A stretch of 28,536 nt of DNA from the UHGV virus genome UHGV-1508137, one strand, 5' to 3'. Origin of the DNA: a virus. Positions within the stretch are counted from its first letter, which is position 1, and every line of letters starts with the position of its first letter. The notes beneath the pieces were generated by a model, which searched no databases, had not been told where the DNA came from, and worked only from the letters and a program-made list of their open reading frames with translations. Shown here piece by piece: positions 19,628 through 28,536 of the stretch. Both the position numbers and the translations under genes were made by a program.

Positions 19628-19861
19628 TCAATCTGGTCTGATCTGTTTTCTGAGCAATTCAGTAATGTCACTCTTTTCTTTGTTTGCTTCAGGAGAAACT
19701 CTTTTTTCTGAGCACAGTCTCCGGCGGCAGGCTTCAATGACCCAGGCTGAGAAATTCCCGGACCCTTTTTGATCAAGAGCGATGTTAATTTGTTCAATCA
19801 TTTGGTTAGGAAAGCGGATGTTGCGGATTGTTGTTCTGCGGGTTCTGTTCTTCGTTGACAT
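19628..19861 (-). CDS. ribbon-helix-helix (Arc/MetJ/CopG-like) DNA-binding protein, 77 aa
   Basis: N-terminal basic strand TTIRNIRFP followed by two helices separated by a G-x-S/N turn (QKGSGNFSAWVIEACRRRL). Confidence 0.6.
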   Translation of the reverse strand: MSTKNRTRRTTIRNIRFPNQMIEQINIALDQKGSGNFSAWVIEACRRRLCSEKRVSPEANKEKSDITELLRKQIRPD

Positions 19862-20019
19862 GAGGTTGTCCCGTATTTAGTGTCGCTGATTTGTATTGTC
19901 TGAAGTTGTTTTTACGTTAAGTTGATGCAGATCAATTAATATGATACCTGCGTCATAATTGATTATTTGACGTGGTTTGATGGCGTAGATGCACGTTGTG
20001 ACATGCAGATGATAATTAT

Positions 20020-20250
20020 TATCATTTTGCGGGTCCTTTCCGGCGATCCGACAGGTTACGGGGCGGCGACCTCGCGGGTTTTCGCTATTTATGAAAATTT
20101 TCCGGTTTAAGGCGTTTCCGTTCTTCTTCGTCGTAACTTAATGTTTCTATTTAAAATACCCCCTAAAAAGAAAGGAAACGACAGGTGCTGAAAACGAACT
20201 TTTGGGCCTTTGTCGTTTCCTTTCTCTGTTTTTGGCCGTGGAATGAACAA
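20020..20250 (+). other. cos: cos region: cosN with 12-nt cohesive end gggcggcgacct at 20061-20072, cosB (terminase/IHF sites) downstream
   Basis: ...acaggttacg|gggcggcgacctcgcgggttttcgctatttatgaaaattttccggtttaaggcgtttccgttcttcttcg matches lambda cos. Confidence 0.9.
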
Positions 20251-20769
20251 TGGAAGTCAACAAAAAGCAGCTGGCTGACATTTTCGGTGCGAGTATCCGT
20301 ACCATTCAGAACTGGCAGGAACAGGGAATGCCCGTTCTGCGAGGCGGTGGCAAGGGTAATGAGGTGCTTTATGACTCTGCCGCCGTTATAAAATGGTATG
20401 CCGAAAGGGATGCTGAAATTGAGAACGAAAAGCTGCGCCGGGAGGTTGAAGAACTGCGCCAGGCCAGCGAGGCAGATCTCCAGCCAGGGACTATTGAGTA
20501 CGAACGCCATCGACTTACGCGTGCGCAGGCCGACGCACAGGAACTGAAGAATGCCAGAGACTCAGCTGAAGTGGTGGAAACCGCATTCTGTACTTTCGTG
20601 CTGTCGCGGATCGCAGGTGAAATTGCCAGTATTCTCGACGGGATCCCCCTGTCGGTGCAGCGGCGTTTTCCGGAACTGGAAAACCGACATGTTGATTTCC
20701 TGAAACGGGATATCATCAAAGCCATGAACAAAGCAGCCGCGCTGGATGAACTGATACCGGGGTTGCTGA

Positions 20770-20795
<26 letters not shown>
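20250..20795 (+). CDS. nu1: terminase small subunit Nu1, 181 aa
   Basis: MEVNKKQLADIFGASIRTIQNWQEQGMPVLRGGGKGNEVLYDSAAVIKWYAERDAEIENEKLRREVEEL... matches lambda Nu1. Confidence 0.97.
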
Positions 20796-24476
<3,681 letters not shown>

Positions 24477-24496
<20 letters not shown>

Positions 24497-25796
24497 TCTC
24501 CCGCATATTGCCAGTATGGCCTTTAATGAGCCGCTGATGCTTGAACCCGCCTATGCGCGGGTTTTCTTTTGTGCGCTTGCAGGCCAGCTTGGGATCAGCC
24601 GCCTGACGGATGCGGTATCCGGCGACAGCCTGACTGCCGGAGAGGCACCCGCGGCGCTGGCGTTATCCGTTGATGATGACGGACCACGACAGGCCCGCAG
24701 TTATCAGGTCATGAACGGCATCGCCGTGCTGCCGGTGTCCGGCACGCTGGTCAGCCGGACGCGAGCGCTGCAGCCGTATTCGGGGATGACCGGTTACAAC
24801 GGCATTATCGCCCGTCTGCAACAGGCTGCCAGCGACCCGATGGTGGACGGCATTCTGCTCGATATGGATACGCCAGGCGGGATGGTGGCAGGGGCATTTG
24901 ACTGCGCTGACATCATCGCCCGTGTGCGTGACATAAAGCCGGTATGGGCGCTGGCCAACGACATGAACTGCAGTGCAGGTCAGTTGCTTGCCAGCGCCGC
25001 CTCCCGACGTCTGGTCACGCAGACCGCCCGGACAGGCTCCATCGGCGTCATGATGGCTCACAGTAATTACGGTGCTGCGCTGGAGAAACAGGGCGTGGAA
25101 ATCACGCTGATTTACAGCGGCAGCCATAAGGTGGATGGCAACCCCTACAGCCATCTACCGGATGATGTCCGGGAAACACTGCAGTCCCGGATGGATGCAA
25201 CCCGCCGGATGTTTGCACAGAAGGTGTCGGCATATACCGGCCTGTCCGTGCAGGCTGTGCTGGATACCGAGGCTGCAGTGTACAGCGGTCAGGAGGCCAT
25301 TGATGCCGGACTGGCTGATGAACTTGTTAACAGCACCGATGCGATCACCGTCATGCGTGATGCACTGGATGCGCGTAAATCCCGTCTCTCAGGAGGGCGA
25401 ATGACCAAAGAGACTCAATCAACAACTGTTTCAGCCACTGCTTCGCAGACTGACGTTACTGACGTGGTGCCAGCGACGGAGGGCGAAAACGCCAGCGCGG
25501 CGCAGCCGGACGTGAACGCGCAGATCACCGCTGCGGTTGCGGCAGAAAACAGCCGCATTATGGGGATCCTCAACTGTGAGGAGGCTCACGGACGCGAAGA
25601 ACAGGCCCGCGTGCTGGCAGAAACCCCCGGTATGACCGTGGAAACGGCCCGCCGCATTCTGGCAGCTGCACCACAGAGTGCACAGGCGCGCAGTGACACT
25701 GCGCTGGATCGTCTGATGCAGGGGGCACCGGCACCGCTGGCTGCAGGTAACCCGGCATCTGATGCCGTTAACGATTTGCTGAACACACCAGTGTAA
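24477..25796 (+). CDS. C: prohead protease / scaffold C, 439 aa (GTG start overlapping B 3' end)
   Basis: From GTG 24477: (M)TAELRNLPHIASMAFNEPLMLEPAYARVFFCALAGQLGIS... matches lambda gpC; RBS gaggaggag upstream. Confidence 0.9.
25191..25796 (+). CDS. nu3: scaffolding protein Nu3, in-frame internal start within C
   Basis: In-frame ATG at 25191 (MDATRRMFAQKV...) at the position expected from the lambda C/Nu3 arrangement as I recall it. Confidence 0.55.
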   Translation: MDATRRMFAQKVSAYTGLSVQAVLDTEAAVYSGQEAIDAGLADELVNSTDAITVMRDALDARKSRLSGGRMTKETQSTTVSATASQTDVTDVVPATEGENASAAQPDVNAQITAAVAAENSRIMGILNCEEAHGREEQARVLAETPGMTVETARRILAAAPQSAQARSDTALDRLMQGAPAPLAAGNPASDAVNDLLNTPV

Positions 25797-25805
25797 GGGA
25801 TGTTT

Positions 25806-26138
25806 ATGACGAGCAAAGAAACCTTTACCCATTACCAGCCGCTGGGCAACAGTGACCCGGCACATACGGCAACCGCGCCCGGCGGATTGAGTGCGAAAGC
25901 GCCTGCAATGACCCCGCTGATGCTGGATACCTCCACCCGTAAGCTGGTTGCGTGGGATGGCACCACCGACGGTGCTGCCGTTGGCATTCTGGCGGTTGAT
26001 GCTGACCAGACCAGCACCACGCTGACGTTCTACAAGTCCGGCACGTTCCGTTATGAGGATGTGCTCTGGCCGGAGGCTGCCAGCGACGAGACGAAAAAAC
26101 GGACCGCGTTTGCCGGAACGGCAATCAGCATCGTTTAA
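25806..26138 (+). CDS. D: head decoration protein D, 110 aa
   Basis: [64 protein letters not shown]... matches lambda gpD. Confidence 0.95.
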   Translation: MTSKETFTHYQPLGNSDPAHTATAPGGLSAKAPAMTPLMLDTSTRKLVAWDGTTDGAAVGILAVDADQTSTTLTFYKSGTFRYEDVLWPEAASDETKKRTAFAGTAISIV

Positions 26139-26158
26139 CCTGACCCTTCATCACTAAA

Positions 26159-26181
26159 GGCCGCATGTGCGGCTTTTTTTA
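26159..26181 (+). terminator. terminator-like hairpin (gccgc-atgt-gcggc) followed by ttttttt between D and E
   Basis: Inverted repeat and U-tract read directly; 13 nt upstream of the E start codon. Confidence 0.45.
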
Positions 26182-26193
26182 CGGGATTTTTTT

Positions 26194-27219
26194 ATGTCGA
26201 TGTACACAACCGCCCAGCTGCTGGCGGCAAATGAGCAGAAATTTAAGTTTGATCCGCTGTTTCTGCGTCTCTTTTTCCGTGAGAGCTATCCCTTCACTAC
26301 GGAGAAAGTCTATCTCTCACAAATTCCGGGACTGGTAAACATGGCGCTGTACGTTTCGCCGATTGTTTCCGGTGAGGTTATCCGTTCCCGTGGCGGCTCC
26401 ACCTCTGAATTTACGCCGGGATATGTCAAACCCAAGCATGAAGTGAATCCGCAGATGACCCTGCGTCGCCTGCCGGATGAAGATCCGCAGAATCTGGCGG
26501 ACCCGGCTTACCGCCGCCGTCGCATCATCCTGCAGAACATGCGTGACGAAGAGCTGGCCATTGCTCAGGTCGAAGAGATGCAGGCAGTTTCTGCCGTGCT
26601 CAAGGGCAAATACACCATGACCGGTGAAGCCTTCGATCCGGTTGAGGTGGATATGGGCCGCAGTGCGGCGAACAACATCACGCAGTCCGGTGGTACGGAG
26701 TGGAGCAAGCGTGACAAGTCCACGTATGACCCGACCGACGATATCGAAGCCTATGCGCTGAACGCCAGCGGCGTGGTGAATATCATCGTGTTTGACCCGA
26801 AAGGCTGGGCGCTGTTCCGTTCCTTCAAAGCCGTCAAGGAGAAGCTGGATACCCGTCGCGGCTCTCATTCCGAACTGGAGACAGCGGTAAAAGACCTGGG
26901 CGAAGCGGTGTCCTATAAGGGGATGTATGGCGATACGGCGATCGTCGTGTATTCCGGACAGTACGTGGAAAACGACGTCAAAAAGAACTTCCTGCCGGAC
27001 AACACGATGGTGCTGGGGAACACTCAGGCACGCGGTCTGCGCACCTATGGCTGCATTCAGGATGCGGACGCACAGCGCGAAGGTATTAACGCCTCTGCCC
27101 GCTACCCGAAAAACTGGGTGACCACCGGCGATCCGGCGCGTGAGTTCACCATGATTCAGTCAGCACCGCTGATGCTGCTGGCTGACCCTGATGCGTTCGT
27201 GTCCGTACAACTGGCGTAA
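26194..27219 (+). CDS. E: major capsid protein E, 341 aa
   Basis: MSMYTTAQLLAANEQKFKFDPLFLRLFFRESYPFTTEKVYLSQIPGLVNMALYVSPIVSGEVIRSRGG... matches lambda gpE; ORF-track frame extends 9 codons upstream. Confidence 0.97.
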   Translation: MSMYTTAQLLAANEQKFKFDPLFLRLFFRESYPFTTEKVYLSQIPGLVNMALYVSPIVSGEVIRSRGGSTSEFTPGYVKPKHEVNPQMTLRRLPDEDPQNLADPAYRRRRIILQNMRDEELAIAQVEEMQAVSAVLKGKYTMTGEAFDPVEVDMGRSAANNITQSGGTEWSKRDKSTYDPTDDIEAYALNASGVVNIIVFDPKGWALFRSFKAVKEKLDTRRGSHSELETAVKDLGEAVSYKGMYGDTAIVVYSGQYVENDVKKNFLPDNTMVLGNTQARGLRTYGCIQDADAQREGINASARYPKNWVTTGDPAREFTMIQSAPLMLLADPDAFVSVQLA

Positions 27220-27260
27220 TCATGGCCCTTCGGGGCCATTTTCTCTCTGTGGAGGAGTCC

Positions 27261-27656
27261 ATGACGAAAGATGAACTGATTGCCCGTCTTCAGGTGCTGG
27301 GTGAGCAACTGAACCGTGATGTCAGCCTGACGGGGACGAAAGAAGAACTGGCACTCCGTGTGGCAGAGCTGGAAGAGGAGCTTGATGACACGGATGACGC
27401 TGCTGGTCAGGACACATCTGTCAGCCCGGAAAATGCGCTGACCGGACATGAAAATGAGGTTGTATCAGCGCAGCCGGATACCGTGACTGATACGGCTGAT
27501 CTGGTCACGGTTGTGGCACTGGTGACGCTGCATACTGATGCACTTCACGCCACGCGGGATGAGGCTGTGGCATTTGTGCTGCCGGGAACGGCGTTCCGTG
27601 TCTCTGCCGGTGTGGCAGCTGAAATGACAGAGCGCGGCCTGGCCAGAATGCAATAA
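27261..27656 (+). CDS. FI: DNA packaging/head assembly protein FI, 131 aa
   Basis: MTKDELIARLQVLGEQLNRDVSLTGTKEELALRVAELEEELDDTDDAAGQD... lambda gpFI-like; ggaggag RBS. Confidence 0.9.
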   Translation: MTKDELIARLQVLGEQLNRDVSLTGTKEELALRVAELEEELDDTDDAAGQDTSVSPENALTGHENEVVSAQPDTVTDTADLVTVVALVTLHTDALHATRDEAVAFVLPGTAFRVSAGVAAEMTERGLARMQ

Positions 27657-27667
27657 CGGGAGGCGCT

Positions 27668-28021
27668 GTGGCTGATTTCGATAACCTGTTCGATGCTGCC
27701 ATTGCCCGCGCCGATGAAACGATACGCGGGTACATGGGAACGTCAGCCACCATGACATCCGGTGAGCAGTCCGGTGCTGTGATACGTGGTGTTTTTGATG
27801 ACCCTGAAAATATCAGCTATGCCGGACAGGGCGTGCGCGTTGAAGGCTCCAGCCCGTCCCTGTTTGTCCGGACTGATGATGTGCGGCAGCTGCGGCGCGG
27901 CGACACGCTGACCATCGGTGAGGAAAACTTCTGGATAGACCGGATTTCGCCGGATGATGGCGGAAGCTGTCATCTCTGGCTTGGGCGGGGCGTACCGCCT
28001 GCCGTTAACCGTCGCCGCTGA
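27668..28021 (+). CDS. FII: head-tail connector protein FII, 117 aa (GTG start)
   Basis: (M)ADFDNLFDAAIARADETIRGYMGTSATMTSGEQSGAVIRGVFDDPENISYAGQGVRVEGSSPSLFVRTDD... matches lambda gpFII. Confidence 0.95.
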   Translation: MADFDNLFDAAIARADETIRGYMGTSATMTSGEQSGAVIRGVFDDPENISYAGQGVRVEGSSPSLFVRTDDVRQLRRGDTLTIGEENFWIDRISPDDGGSCHLWLGRGVPPAVNRRR

Positions 28022-28032
28022 AAGGGGGATGT

Positions 28033-28503
28033 ATGGCCATAAAAGGTCTTGAGCAGGCCGTTGAAAACCTCAGCCGTATCAGCAGAACGGCGGTGCCCGG
28101 TGCCGCCGCAATGGCCATTAACCGCGTTGCTTCATCCGCGATATCGCAGTCGGCGTCACAGGTTGCCCGTGAGACAAAGGTACGCCGGAAACTGGTAAAG
28201 GAAAGGGCCAGGCTGAAAAGGGCCACGGTCAAAAATCCGCAGGCCAGAATCAAAGTTAACCGGGGGGATTTGCCCGTAATCAAGCTGGGTAATGCGCGGG
28301 TTGTCCTTTCGCGCCGCAGGCGTCGTAAAAAGGGGCAGCGTTCATCCCTGAAAGGTGGCGGCAGCGTGCTTGTGGTGGGAAACCGTCGTATTCCCGGCGC
28401 GTTTATTCAGCAACTGAAAAATGGCCGGTGGCATGTCATGCAGCGTGTGGCCGGGAAAAACCGTTACCCCATTGATGTAGTGAAAATCCCGATGGCGTCG
28501 TGA
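28033..28503 (+). CDS. Z: tail completion protein Z, 156 codons here (lambda gpZ is longer, about 192 aa as I recall)
   Basis: MAIKGLEQAVENLSRISRTAVPGAAAMAINRVASSAISQSASQVARETKVRRKLVKERARLKR... matches lambda gpZ up to ...VVKIPMA, then an in-frame TGA at 28501. Confidence 0.8.
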   Translation: MAIKGLEQAVENLSRISRTAVPGAAAMAINRVASSAISQSASQVARETKVRRKLVKERARLKRATVKNPQARIKVNRGDLPVIKLGNARVVLSRRRRRKKGQRSSLKGGGSVLVVGNRRIPGAFIQQLKNGRWHVMQRVAGKNRYPIDVVKIPMAS

Positions 28504-28536
28504 GCAGCCATCTTGATCAGCTTGCCGACACCGATC

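Noticed and set aside
20163-20510. 115-codon minus-strand ORF across cos and the Nu1 start
   Set aside because: Overlaps cosN/cosB and is antisense to Nu1.

Overview
The window is the left ~28.5 kb of an integrated lambda-type prophage in an Escherichia-like host. It opens with ~46 bp of host attB flank and attL, then runs in standard lambda order: int-xis, early-left operon (exo, bet, gam, kil, cIII, ea10), immunity region (N, cI with OL/OR, cro, cII, oop), replication (O with ori iterons, P, ren), nin region, Q, lysis cassette, cos, and head genes Nu1 to Z. Core genes are near-identical to lambda as I remember it, but the element is mosaic, with non-lambda cargo at several hotspots. The strongest candidate for an undescribed system is a translationally coupled two-gene operon (161-aa soluble protein plus 206-aa tail-anchored membrane protein) sitting exactly where lambda carries rexA-rexB, downstream of cI. 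Other cargo: an AT-rich membrane-protein gene between xis and exo, a coiled-coil/Zn-ribbon gene at the sieB position, an orphan N6-adenine methyltransferase in the nin region, a DLP12/phage-82-type rusA-ylcG-Q module, an intact porin gene between Q and the phage-21-type lysis genes, and a KilA-N / RHH / DUF1398-like cluster between Rz and cos. ral appears inactivated by an internal deletion. No tRNA, rRNA, CRISPR array or transposase was seen. All homology statements rest on recalled reference sequences and reading by eye; nothing was searched or computed.
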